Source: Eledone cirrhosa (taxonomy: Eukaryota). From it: a stretch of DNA of 64,000 nucleotides. Numbering within the stretch: the stretch's first letter is position 1; each line of letters begins with the position of its first letter. Where the stretch lies: contig OZ024743.1 of assembly GCA_964016885.1 (NCBI GenBank), positions 92,752,001 to 92,816,000 on the forward strand, given 5' to 3'. The translations under genes were made by a program, and so were the position numbers. The notes under the pieces are model-generated. The model saw nothing but the letters and a program-made list of their open reading frames with translations. It did not search any database and was not told where the DNA came from. Positions 50,725 to 63,805 of this stretch are shown piece after piece.

Positions 50725-51474
50725 TTAATTTTTTTTTTTTTTTCATTAATATCTTTACAGAGCTATTTATTTTTTTTAGTTCGGTGCCCGCCTAGGACAC
50801 CGAGCTGCTGTATACATTTCCATTTTTCTTTCTTTTAGTTTCTTTCTTTTGCAAGCTTCTCTCGCCAATGTATGTTAGTTTCAAAATAATTAGGCACGCA
50901 AACTTTTTCCTTTCTTTCAACCCTACCCTTCGCATACACACCACTGCAAACGTCTTAAAAGCTACCGACTGCAAAATCAGCGTTTCTTGATAATTTCAGA
51001 TATTTCAAACTTTTATTCCGTTCGCCTTCCGAAGTAGTGAGCCTGCTATATACTCTAGAAAATATTTATTGAACAGAGATTTGGCTGCTTTTTCTAGCAG
51101 GTAAAATTAGCACATTTCTTTAGAGCCGTTCGAATCGAACATTATCCACATCTGTAATAATTAATTCGGAATGGGTATCGTAGCTAGTTATTTGGCCAAG
51201 TTATATAAACAAAAAGACAACATAAGTTTTAAAGACAGCGATATCGACAGCTATGCGACACTCTCGTAGTTAATAACGTGTGTTAATTTAAAAGTTAGAT
51301 GAGATTTATGTAAAATTTTATTAAGCAACCTAAATTGCTTGAAAATACTGTGTTATACGGTTGAAAGTAAGAAAAATGTTTAATAGAAAATTAAAATATA
51401 AAAATTATCGTAAAAGAAAGGTGTTTAGTGAGTTGTTTTATACAATAAAACTATTAAATTCAGCATAAGCTTTC

Positions 51475-51594
51475 GTTTACGGCCATATCACGCTGACAAC
51501 ACCGGTTCTCGTCCGATCACCGAAGTTAAGCAACGTCGAGCCTAGTTAGTACTTGGATGGGTGACCGCCTGGGAACCCTAGGTGCCGTAAGCGT
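51475..51594 (+). rRNA. 5S: 5S rRNA copy 60
   Basis: Consensus 5S. Confidence 0.97.
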
Positions 51595-52349
51595 TTAATT
51601 TTTTTTTTTTTTTTTTTTTCATTAATATCTTTACAGAGCTATTTATTTTTTTAGTTCGGTGACCTCTTAGGAAACCGAGTTGCTCTATACATTTCCATTT
51701 TTCTTTCTTTTAGTTTCTTTCTTTTGCAAGCTTCTCTCGCCAATGTCTGTTAGTTTCAAAATAATTAGGCACGCAAACTTTTTCCTTTCTTTCAACCCTA
51801 CCCTTCGCATACACACCACTGCAAACGTCTTAAAAGCTACCGACTGCAAAATCAGAGTTTCTTGATAATTTCAGATATTTCAAACTTTTATTCCGTTCGC
51901 CTTCCGAAGTAGTGAGCCTGCTATATACTCTAGAAAATATTTATTGAACAGAGATTTGGCTGCTTTTTCTAGCAGGTAAAATTAGCACATTTCTTTAGAG
52001 CCGTTCGAATCGAACATTATCCACATCTGTAATAATTAATTCGGAATGGGTATCGTAGCTAGTTATTTGGCCAAGTTATATAAACAAAAAGACAACATAA
52101 GTTTTAAAGACAGCGATATCGACAGCTATGCAACACTCTCGTAGTTAATAACGTGTGTTAATTTAAAAGTTAGATGAGATTTATGTAAAATTTTATTAAG
52201 CAACCTAAATTGCTTGAAAATACTGTGTTATACGGTTGAAAGTAAGAAAAATGTTTAATAGAAAATTAAAATATAAAAATTATCGTAAAAGAAAGGTGTT
52301 TAGTGAGTTGTTTTATACAATAAAACTATTAAATTCAGCATAAGCTTTC

Positions 52350-52469
52350 GTTTACGGCCATATCACGCCGACAACACCGGTTCTCGTACGATCACCGAAG
52401 TTAAGCAACGTCGAGCCTAGTTAGTACTTGGATGGGTGACCGCCTGGGAACCCTAGGTGCCGTAAGCGT
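52350..52469 (+). rRNA. 5S: 5S rRNA copy 61 (T20C, C39A)
   Basis: 5S with two substitutions. Confidence 0.9.
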
Positions 52470-53225
52470 TTAATTTTTATTTATTTTTTTTTTTTCATTA
52501 ATATCCTTACAGAGCTATTTATTTTTTTAGTTCGGTGACCGCTTAGGAAACCGAGCTGCTGTATACATTTCCATTTTTCTTTCTTTTAGTTTCTTTCTTT
52601 TGCAAGCTTCTCTCGCCAATGTCTGTTAGTTTCAAAATAATTAGGCACGCAAACTTTTTCCTTTCTTTCAACCCTACCCTTCGCATACACACCACTGCAA
52701 ACGTCTTAAAAGCTACCGACTGCAAAAACAGAGTTTCTTGATAATTTCAGATATTTCAAACTTTTATTCCGTTCGCCTTCCGAAGTAGTGAGCCTGCTAT
52801 ATACTCTAGAAAATATTTATTGAACAGAGATTTGGCTGCTTTTTCTAGCAGGTAAAAATAGCACATTTCTTTAGAGCCGTTCGAATCGAACATTATCCAC
52901 ATCTGTAATAATTAATTCGGAATGGGTATCGTAGCTAGTTATTTGGCCAAGTTATATAAACAAAAAGACAACATAAGTTTTAAAGACAGCGATATCGACA
53001 GCTATGCGACACTCTCGTAGTTAATAACGTGTGTTAATTTAAAAGTTAGATGAGATTTATGTAAAATTTTATTAAGCAACCTAAATTGCTTGAAAATACT
53101 GTGTTATACGGTTGAAAGTAAGAAAAATGTTTAATAGAAAATTAAAATATAAAAATTATCGTAAAAGAAAGGTGTTTAGTGAGTTGTTTTATACAATAAA
53201 ACTATTAAATTCAGCATAAGCTTTC

Positions 53226-53345
53226 GTTTACGGCCATATCACGCTGACAACACCGGTTCTCGTCCGATCACCGAAGTTAAGCAACGTCGAGCCTAGTTAG
53301 TACTTGGATGGGTGACCGCCTGGGAACCCTAGGTGCCGTAAGCGT
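53226..53345 (+). rRNA. 5S: 5S rRNA copy 62
   Basis: Consensus 5S. Confidence 0.97.
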
Positions 53346-54072
53346 TTTATTTATTTATTTTTTTTTTTTTCATTAATATCTTTACAGAGCTATTTATTTT
53401 TTTTAGTTCGGTGACCGCTTAGGAAACCGAGCTGCTGTATACATTTCCATTTTTCTTTTTTTTGCAAGCTTCTCTCGCCAATGTCTGTTAGTTTCAAAAT
53501 AATTAGGCACGCAAACTTTTTCCTTTCTTTCAACCCTACCCTTCGCATACACACCACTGCTACCGACTGCAAAATCAGAGTTTCTTGATAATTTCAGATA
53601 TTTCAAACTTTTATTCCGTTCGCCTTCCGAAGTAGTGAGCCTGCTATATACACTAGAAAATATTTATTGAACAGAGATTTGGCTGCTTTTTCTAGCAGGT
53701 AAAATTAGCACATTTCTTTAGAGCCGTTCGAATCGAACATTATCCACATCTGTAATAATTAATTCGGAATGGCTGTCGTAGCTAGTTATTTGGCCAAGTT
53801 ATATAAACAAAAAGACAACATAAGTTTTAAAGACAGCAATATCGACATCGATGCGACACTCTCGTAGTTAATAACGTGTGTTAATTTAAAAGTTAGATGA
53901 GATTTATGTAAAATTTTATTAAGCAACCTAAATTGCTTGAAAATACTGTGTTATACGGTTGAAAGTAAGAAAAATGTTTAATAGAAAATTAAAATATAAA
54001 AATTATCGTAAAAGAAAGGTGATTAGTGAGTTGTTTTATACAATAAAACTATTAAATTTAGCATAAGCTTTC

Positions 54073-54192
54073 GTTTACGGCCATATCACGCTGACAACAC
54101 CGGTTCTCGTCCGTTCACCGAAGTTAAGCAACGTCGAGCCTAGTTAGTACTTGGATGGGTGACCGCCTGGGAACCCTAGGTGCCGTAAGCGT
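54073..54192 (+). rRNA. 5S: 5S rRNA copy 63 (A42T)
   Basis: Loop C variant. Confidence 0.94.
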
Positions 54193-54941
54193 TTAATTTT
54201 TTTTTTTTTTCATTAATATCTTTACAGAGCTATTTATTTTTTTTAGTTCGGTGACCGCTTAGGAAACCGAGCTGCTGTATACATTTCCATTTTTCTTTCT
54301 TTTAGTTTGTTTCTTTTGCAAGCTTCTCTCGCCAATGTATGTTAGTTTCAAAATAATTAGGCACGCAAACTTTTTCCTTTCTTTCAACCCTACCCTTCGC
54401 ATACACACCACTGCAAACGTCTTAAAAGCTACCGACTGCAAAATCAGAGTTTCTTGATAATTTCAGATATTTCAAACTTTTATTCCGTTCGCCTTCCGAA
54501 GTAGTGAGCCTGCTATATACTCTAGAAAATATTTATTGAACAGAGATTTGGCTGCTTTTTCTAGCAGGTAAAATTAGCACATTTCTTTAGAGCTGTTCGA
54601 ATCGAACATTATCCACATCTGTAATAATTAATTCGGAATGGGTATCGTAGCTAGTTATTTGGCCAAGTTATATAAACAAAAAGACAACATAAGTTTTAAA
54701 GACAGCGATATCGACAGCTATGCGACACTCTCGTAGTTAATAACGTGTGTTAATTTAAAAGTTAGATGAGATTTATGTAAAATTTTATTAAGCAACCTAA
54801 ATTGCTTGAAAATACTGTGTTATACGGTTGAAAGTAAGAAAAATGTTTAATAGAAAATTAAAATATAAAAATTATCGTAAAAGAAAGGTGTTTAGTGAGT
54901 TGTTTTATACAATAAAACTATTAAATTCAGCATAAGCTTTC

Positions 54942-55061
54942 GTTTACGGCCATATCACGCTGACAACACCGGTTCTCGTCCGATCACCGAAGTTAAGCAA
55001 CGTCGAGCCTAGTTAGTACTTGGATGGGTGACCGCCTGGGAACCCTAGGGGCCGTAAGCGT
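54942..55061 (+). rRNA. 5S: 5S rRNA copy 64 (T109G)
   Basis: Same as copies 44 and 47. Confidence 0.94.
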
Positions 55062-55810
55062 TTAAATTTTTTTTTTTTTCATTAATATCTTTACAGAGCT
55101 ATTTATTTTTTTTAGTTCGGTGACCGCTTAGGAAACCGAGCTGCTCTATACATTTCCATTTTTCTTTCTTTTAGTTTCTTTCTTTTGCAAGCTTCTCTCG
55201 CCAATGTCTGTTAGTTTCAAAATAATTAGGCACGCAAACTTTTTCCTTTCTTTCAACCCTACCCTTCGCATACACACCACTGCAAACGTCTTAAAAGCTA
55301 CCGACTGCAAAAACAGAGTTTCTTGATAATTTCAGATATTTCAAACTTTTATTCCGTTCGCCTTCCGAAGTAGTGAGCCTGCTATATACTCTAGAAAATA
55401 TTTATTGAACAGAGATTTGGCTGCTTTTTCTAGCAGGTAAAATTAGCACATTTCTTTAGAGCCGTTCTAATCGAACATTATCCACATCTGTAATAATCAA
55501 TTCGGAATGGGTATCGTAGCTAGTTATTTGGCCAAGTTATATAAACAAAAAGACAACATAAGTTTTAAAGACAGCGATATCGACAGCTATGCGACACTCT
55601 CGTAGTTAATAACGCGTGTTAATTTAAAAGTTAGATGAGATTTATGTAAAATTTTATTATGCAACCTAAATTGCTTGAAAATACTGTGTTATACGGTTGA
55701 AAGTAAGAAAAATGTTTAATAGAAAATTAAAATATAAAAATTATCGTAAAAGAAAGGTGTTTAGTGAGTTGTTTTATACAATAAAACTATTAAATTCAGC
55801 ATAAGCTTTC

Positions 55811-55930
55811 GTTTACGGCCATATCACGCTGACAACACCGGTTCTCGTCCGATCACCGAAGTTAAGCAACGTCGAGCCTAGTTAGTACTTGGATGGGTGA
55901 CCGCCTGGGAACCCTAGGTGCCGTAAGCGT
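55811..55930 (+). rRNA. 5S: 5S rRNA copy 65
   Basis: Consensus 5S. Confidence 0.97.
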
Positions 55931-56686
55931 TTAATTTTTTTTTTTTTTTTTTTTTCATTAATATCTTTACAGAGCTATTTATTTTTTTTAGTTCGGTGAC
56001 CGCTTAGGAAACCGAGCTGCTCTATACATTTCCATTTTTCTTTCTTTTAGTTTCTTTCTTTTGCAAGCTTCTCTCGCCAATGTCTGTTAGTTTCAAAATA
56101 ATTAGGCACGCAAACTTTTTCCTTTCTTTCAACCCTACCCTTCGCATACACACCACTGCAAACGTCTTAAAAGCTACCGACTGCAAAAACAGAGTTTCTT
56201 GATAATTTCAGATATTTCAAACTTTTATTCCGTTCGCCTTCCGAAGTAGTGAGCCTGCTATATACACTAGAAAATATTTATTGAACAGAGATTTGGCTGC
56301 TTTTTCTAGCAGGTAAAATTAGCACATTTCTTTAGAGCCGTTCTAATCGAACATTATCCACATCTGTAATAATCAATTCGGAATGGGTATCGTAGCTAGT
56401 TATTTGGCCAAGTTATATAAACAAAAAGACAACATAAGTTTTAAAGACAGCGATATCGACAGCTATGCGACACTCTCGTAGTTAATAACGTGTGTTAATT
56501 TAAAAGTTAGATGAGATTTATGTAAAATTTTATTAAGCAACCTAAATTGCTTGAAAATACTGTGTTATACGGTTGAAAGTAAGAAAAATGTTTAATAGAA
56601 AATTAAAATATAAAAATTATCGTAAAAGAAAGGTGTTTAGTGAGTTGTTTTATACAATAAAACTATTAAATTCAGCATAAGCTTTC

Positions 56687-56806
56687 GTTTACGGCCATAT
56701 CACGCTGACAACACCGGTTCTCGTCCGATCACCGAAGTTAAGCAACGTCGAGCCTAGTTAGTACTTGGATGGGTGACCGCCTGGGAACTCTAGGTGCCGT
56801 AACCGT
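56687..56806 (+). rRNA. 5S: 5S rRNA copy 66 (C103T, G117C)
   Basis: Same as copies 46 and 49. Confidence 0.93.
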
Positions 56807-57566
56807 TTAATTTTTTTTTTTTTTTTTTTTTTTTTCATTAATATCTTTACAGAGCTATTTATTTTTTTTAGTTCGGTGACCGCTTAGGAAACCGAGCTGC
56901 TGTATACATTTCCATTTTTCTTTCTTTTAGTTTCTTTCTTTTGCAAGCTTCTCTCGCCAATGTATGTTAGTTTCAAAATAATTAGGCACGCAAACTTTTT
57001 CCTTTCTTTCAACCCTACCCTTCGCATACACACCACTGCAAACGTCTTAAAAGCTACCGACTGCAAAATCAGAGTTTCTTGATAATTTCAGATATTTCAA
57101 ACTTTTATTCCGTTCGCCTTCCGAAGTAGTGAGCCTGCTATATACTCTAGAAAATATTTATTGAACAGAGATTTGGCTGCTTTTTCTAGCAGGTAAAATT
57201 AGCACATTTCTTTAGAGCCGTTCGAATCGAACATTATCCACATCTGTAATAATTAATTCGGAATGGGTATCGTAGCTAGTTATTTGGCCAAGATATATAA
57301 ACAAAAAGACAACATAAGTTTTAAAGACAGCGATATCGACAGCTATGCGACACTCTCGTAGTTAATAACGTGTGTTAATTTAAAAGTTAGATGAGATTTA
57401 TGTAAAATTTTATTAAGCAACCTAAATTGCTTGAAAATACTGTGTTATACGGTTGAAAGTAAGAAAAATGTTTAATAGAAAATTAAAATATAAAAATTAT
57501 CGTAAAAGAAAGGTGATTAGTGAGTTGTTTTATACAATAAAACTATTAAATTTAGCATAAGCTTTC

Positions 57567-57686
57567 GTTTACGGCCATATCACGCTGACAACACCGGTTC
57601 TCGTCCGTTCACCGAAGTTAAGCAACGTCGAGCCTAGTTAGTACTTGGATGGGTGACCGCCTGGGAACCCTAGGTGCCGTAAGCGT
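57567..57686 (+). rRNA. 5S: 5S rRNA copy 67 (A42T)
   Basis: Loop C variant. Confidence 0.94.
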
Positions 57687-58436
57687 TTAATTTTTTTTTT
57701 TTTTTCATTAATATCTTTACAGAGCTATTTATTTTTTTTAGTTCGGTGACCGCCTAGGAAACCGAGCTGCTCTATACATTTCCATTTTTCTTTCTTTTAG
57801 TTTCTTTCTTTTGCAAGCTTCTCTCGCCAATGTCTGTTAGTTTCAAAATAATTAGGCACGCAAACTTTTTCCTTTCTTTCAACCCTACCCTTCGCATACA
57901 CACCACTGCAAGCGTCTTAAAAGCTACCGACTGCAAAAACAGAGTTTTTTGATAATTTCTGATATTTCAAACTTTTATTCCGTTCGCCTTCCGAAGTAGT
58001 GAGCCTGCTATATACTCTAGAAAATATTTATTGAACAGAGATTTGGCTGCTTTTTCTAGCAGGTAAAATTAGCACATTTCTTTAGAGCCGTTCGAATCGA
58101 ACATTATCCACATCTGTAATAATTAATTCGGAATGGGTATCGTAGCTAGTTATTTGGCCAAGTTATATAAACAAAAAGACAACATAAGTTTTAAAGACAG
58201 CGATATCGACAGCTATGCGACACTCTCGTAGTTAATAACGTGTGTTAATTTAAAAGTTAGATGAGATTTATGTAAAATTTTATTAAGCAACCTAAATTGC
58301 TTGAAAATACTGTGTTATACGGTTGAAAGTAAGAAAAATGTTTAATAGAAAATTAAAATATAAAAATTATCGTAAAAGAAAGGTGTTTAGTGAGTTGTTT
58401 TATACAATAAAACTATTAAATTCAGCATAAGCTTTC

Positions 58437-58556
58437 ATTTACGGCCATATCACGCTGACAACACCGGTTCTCGTCCGATCACCGAAGTTAAGCAACGTCG
58501 AGCCTAGTTAGTACTTGGATGGGTGACCGCCTGGGAACCCTAGGTGCCGTAAGCGA
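58437..58556 (+). rRNA. 5S: 5S rRNA copy 68 (G1A, T120A)
   Basis: ATTTACGGCC start. Confidence 0.93.
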
Positions 58557-59306
58557 TTAATTTTTTTTTTTTTTTCATTAATATCTTTACATAGCTACTT
58601 ATTTTTTTTAGTTCGGTGACCGCCTAGGAAACCGAGCTGCTGTATACATTTCCATTTTTCTTTCTTTTAGTTTCTTTCTTTTGCAAGCTTCTCTCGCCAA
58701 TGTATGTTAGTTTCAAAATAATTAGGCACGCAAACTTTTTCCTTTATTTCAACCCTACCCTTCGCATACACACCACTGCAAACGTCTTAAAAGCTACCGA
58801 CTGCAAAATCAGAGTTTCTTGATAATTTCAGATATTTCAAACTTTTATTCCGTTCGCCTTCCGAAGTAGTGAGCCTGCTATATACTCTAGAAAATATTTA
58901 TTGAACAGAGATTTGGCTGCTTTTTCTAGCAGGTAAAATTAGCACATTTCTTTAGAGCCGTTCGAATCGAACATTATCCACATCTGTAATAATTAATTCG
59001 GAATGGGTATCGTAGCTAGTTATTTGGCCAAGTTATATAAACAAAAAGACAACATAAGTTTTAAAGACAGCGATATCGACAGCTATGCGACACTCTCGTA
59101 GTTAATAACGTGTGTTAATTTAAAAGTTAGATGAGATTTATGTAAAATTTTATTAAGCAACCTAAATTGCTTGAAAATACTGTGTTATACGGTTGAAAGT
59201 AAGAAAAATGTTTAATAGAAAATTAAAATATAAAAATTATCGTAAAAGAAAGGTGATTAGTGAGTTGTTTTATACAATAAAACTATTAAATTTAGCATAA
59301 GCTTTC

Positions 59307-59426
59307 GTTTACGGCCATATCACGCTGACAACACCGGTTCTCGTCCGTTCACCGAAGTTAAGCAACGTCGAGCCTAGTTAGTACTTGGATGGGTGACCGC
59401 CTGGGAACCCTAGGTGCCGTAAGCGT
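59307..59426 (+). rRNA. 5S: 5S rRNA copy 69 (A42T)
   Basis: Loop C variant. Confidence 0.94.
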
Positions 59427-60181
59427 TTAATTTTTTTTTTTTTTTTTTTTTCATTAATATCTTTACAGAGCTATTTATTTTTTTTAGTTCGGTGACCGCT
59501 TAGGAAACCGAGCTGCTGTATACATTTCCATTTTTCTTTCTTTTAGTTTCTTTCTTTTGCAAGCTTCTCTCGCCAATGTATGTTAGTTTCAAAATAATTA
59601 GGCACGCAAACTTTTTCCTTTCTTTCAACCCTACCCTTCGCATACACACCACTGCAAACGTCTTAAAAGCTACCGACTGCAAAATCAGAGTTTCTTGATA
59701 ATTTCAGATATTTCAAACTTTTATTCCGTTCGCCTTCCGAAGTAGTGAGCCTGCTATATACTCTAGAAAATATTTATTGAACAGAGATTTGGCTGCTTTT
59801 TCTAGCAGGTAAAATTAGCACATTTTTTAGAGCTGTTCGAATCGAACATTATCCACATCTGTAATAATTAATTCGGAATGGGTATCGTAGCTAGTTATTT
59901 GGCCAAGTTATATAAACAAAAAGACAACATAAGTTTTAAAGACAGCGATATCGACAGCTATGCGACACTCTCGTAGTTAATAACGTGTGTTAATTTAAAA
60001 GTTAGATGAGATTTATGTAAAATTTTATTAAGCAACCTAAATTGCTTGAAAATACTGTGTTATACGGTTGAAAGTAAGAAAAATGTTTAATAGAAAATTA
60101 AAATATAAAAATTATCGTAAAAGAAAGGTGTTTAGTGAGTTGTTTTATACAATAAAACTATTAAATTCAGCATAAGCTTTC

Positions 60182-60301
60182 GTTTACGGCCATATCACGC
60201 TGACAACACCGGTTCTCGTCCGATCACCGAAGTTAAGCAACGTCGAGCCTAGTTAGTACTTGGATGGGTGACCGCCTGGGAACCCTAGGTGCCGTAAGCG
60301 T
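60182..60301 (+). rRNA. 5S: 5S rRNA copy 70
   Basis: Consensus 5S. Confidence 0.97.
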
Positions 60302-61062
60302 TTAATTTTTTTTTTTTTTTTTTTTTTTTTTTCATTAATATCTTTACAGGGCTATTTATTTTTTTAGTTCGGTGACCGCTTAGGAAACCGAGCTGCTCTA
60401 TACATTTCCATTTTTCTTTCTTTTAGTTTCTTTCTTTTGCAAGCTTCTCTCGCCAATGTCTGTTAGTTTCAAAATAATTAGGCACGCAAACTTTTTCCTT
60501 TCTTTCAACCCTACCCTTCGCATACACACCACTGCAAACGTCTTAAGAGCTACCGACTGCAAAAACAGAGTTTCTTGATAATTTCAGATATTTCAAACTT
60601 TTATTCCGTTCGCCTTCCGAAGTAGTGAGCCTGCTATATACTCTAGAAAATATTTATTGAACAGAGATTTGGCTGCTTTTTCTAGCAGGTAAAATTAGCA
60701 CATTTCTTTAGAGCCGTTCGAATCGAACATTATCCACATCTGTAATAATTAATTCGGAATGGGTATCGTAGCTAGTTATTTGGCCAAGTTATATAAACAA
60801 AAAGACAACATAAGTTTTAAAGACAGCGATATCGACAGCTATGCGACACTCTCGTAGTTAATAACGTGTGTTAATTTAAAAGTTAGATGAGATTTATGTA
60901 AAATTTTATTAAGCAACCTAAATTGCTTGAAAATACTGTGTTATACGGTTGAAAGTAAGAAAAATGTTTAATAGAAAATTAAAATATAAAAATTATCGTA
61001 AAAGAAAGGTGTTTAGTGAGTTGTTTTATACAATAAAACTATTAAATTCAGCATAAGCTTTC

Positions 61063-61182
61063 GTTTACGGCCATATCACGCTGACAACACCGGTTCTCGT
61101 CCGATCACCGAAGTTAAGCAACGTCGAACCTAGTTAGTACTTCGATGGGTGACCGCCTGGGAACCCTAGGTGCCGTAAGCGT
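61063..61182 (+). rRNA. 5S: 5S rRNA copy 71 (G66A, G81C)
   Basis: 5S with two substitutions, one in box C. Confidence 0.9.
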
Positions 61183-61939
61183 TTAATTTTTTTTTTTTTT
61201 TTTTTTTTTCATTAATATCTTTACAGAGCTATTTATTTTTTTAGTTCGGTGACCGCTTAGGAAACCGAGTTGCTCTATACATTTCCATTTTTCTTTCTTT
61301 TAGTTTCTTTCTTTTGCAAGCTTCTCTCGCCAATGTCTGTTAGTTTGAAAATAATTAGGCACGCAAACTTTTTCCTTTCTTTCAACCCTACCCTTCGCAT
61401 ACACACCACTGCAAACGTCTTAAAAGCTACCGACTGCAAAAACAGAGTTTCTTGATAATTTCAGATATTTCAAACTTTTATTCCGTTCGCCTTCCGAAGT
61501 AGTGAGCCTGCTATATACTCTAGAAAATATTTATTGAACAGAGATTTGGCTGCTTTTTCTAGCAGGTAAAATTAGCACATTTCTTTAGAGCCGTTCGAAT
61601 CGAACATTATCCACATCTGTAATAATTAATTCGGAATGGGTATCGTAGCTAGTTATTTGGCCAAGTTATATAAACAAAAAGACAACATAAGTTTTAAAGA
61701 CAGCGATATCGACAGCTATGCGACACTCTCGTAGTTAATAACGTGTGTTAATTTAAAAGTTAGATGAGATTTATGTAAAATTTTATTAAGCAACCTAAAT
61801 TGCTTGAAAATACTGTGTTATACGGTTGAAAGTAAGAAAAATGTTTAATAGAAAATTAAAATATAAAAATTATCGTAAAAGAAAGGTGTTTAGTGAGTTG
61901 TTTTATACAATAAAACTATTAAATTCAGCATAAGCTTTC

Positions 61940-62059
61940 ATTTACGGCCATATCACGCTGACAACACCGGTTCTCGTCCGATCACCGAAGTTAAGCAACG
62001 TCGAGCCTAGTTAGTACTTGGATGGGTGACCGCCTGGGAACCCTAGGTGCCGTAAGCGT
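61940..62059 (+). rRNA. 5S: 5S rRNA copy 72 (G1A)
   Basis: ATTTACGGCC start. Confidence 0.94.
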
Positions 62060-62809
62060 TTAATTTTTTTTTTTTTTTCATTAATATCTTTACATAGCTA
62101 CTTATTTTTTTTAGTTCGGTGACCGCCTAGGAAACCGAGCTGCTGTATACATTTCCATTTTTCTTTCTTTTAGTTTCTTTCTTTTGCTAGCTTCTCTCGC
62201 CAATGTATGTTAGTTTCAAAATAATTAGGCACGCAAACTTTTTCCTTTATTTCAACCCTACCCTTCGCATACACACCACTGCAAACGTCTTAAAAGCTAC
62301 CGACTGCAAAATCAGAGTTTCTTGATAATTTCAGATATTTCAAACTTTTATTCCGTTCGCCTTCCGAAGTAGTGAGCCTGCTATATACTCTAGAAAATAT
62401 TTATTGAACAGAGATTTGGCTGCTTTTTCTAGCAGGTAAAATTAGCACATTTCTTTAGAGCCGTTCGAATCGAACATTATCCACATCTGTAATAATTAAT
62501 TCGGAATGGGTATCGTAGCTAGTTATTTGGCCAAGTTATATAAACAAAAAGACAACATAAGTTTTAAAGACAGCGATATCGACAGCTATGCGACACTCTC
62601 GTAGTTAATAACGTGTGTTAATTTAAAAGTTAGATGAGATTTATGTAAAATTTTATTAAGCAACCTAAATTGCTTGAAAATACTGTGTTATACGGTTGAA
62701 AGTAAGAAAAATGTTTAATAGAAAATTAAAATATAAAAATTATCGTAAAAGAAAGGTGATTAGTGAGTTGTTTTATACAATAAAACTATTAAATTTAGCA
62801 TAAGCTTTC

Positions 62810-62929
62810 GTTTACGGCCATATCACGCTGACAACACCGGTTCTCGTCCGTTCACCGAAGTTAAGCAACGTCGAGCCTAGTTAGTACTTGGATGGGTGAC
62901 CGCCTGGGAACCCTAGGTGCCGTAAGCGT
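62810..62929 (+). rRNA. 5S: 5S rRNA copy 73 (A42T)
   Basis: Loop C variant. Confidence 0.94.
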
Positions 62930-63685
62930 TTAATTTTTTTTTTTTTTTTTTTTTTCATTAATATCTTTACAGAGCTATTTATTTTTTTTAGTTCGGTGAC
63001 CGCTTAGGAAACCGAGCTGCTGTATACATTTCCATTTTTCTTTCTTTTAGTTTCTTTCTTTTGCAAGCTTCTCTCGCCAATGTATGTTAGTTTCAAAATA
63101 ATTAGGCACGCAAACTTTTTCCTTTCTTTCAACCCTACCCTTCGCATACACACCACTGCAAACGTCTTAAAAGCTACCGACTGCAAAATCAGAGTTTCTT
63201 GATAATTTCAGATATTTCAAACTTTTATTCCGTTCGCCTTCCGAAGTAGTGAGCCTGCTATATACTCTAGAAAATATTTATTGAACAGAGATTTGGCTGC
63301 TTTTTCTAGCAGGTAAAATTAGCACATTTTTTAGAGCTGTTCGAATCGAACATTATCCACATCTGTAATAATTAATTCGGAATGGGTATCGTAGCTAGTT
63401 ATTTGGCCAAGTTATATAAACAAAAAGACAACATAAGTTTTAAAGACAGCGATATCGACAGCTATGCGACACTCTCGTAGTTAATAACGTGTGTTAATTT
63501 AAAAGTTAGATGAGATTTATGTAAAATTTTATTAAGCAACCTAAATTGCTTGAAAATACTGTGTTATACGGTTGAAAGTAAGAAAAATGTTTAATAGAAA
63601 ATTAAAATATAAAAATTATCGTAAAAGAAAGGTGTTTAGTGAGTTGTTTTATACAATAAAACTATTAAATTCAGCATAAGCTTTC

Positions 63686-63805
63686 GTTTACGGCCATATC
63701 ACGCTGACAACACCGGTTCTCGTCCGATCACCGAAGTTAAGCAACGTCGAGCCTAGTTAGTACTTGGATGGGTGACCGCCTGGGAACCCTAGGTGCCGTA
63801 AGCGT
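63686..63805 (+). rRNA. 5S: 5S rRNA copy 74
   Basis: Consensus 5S. Confidence 0.97.
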
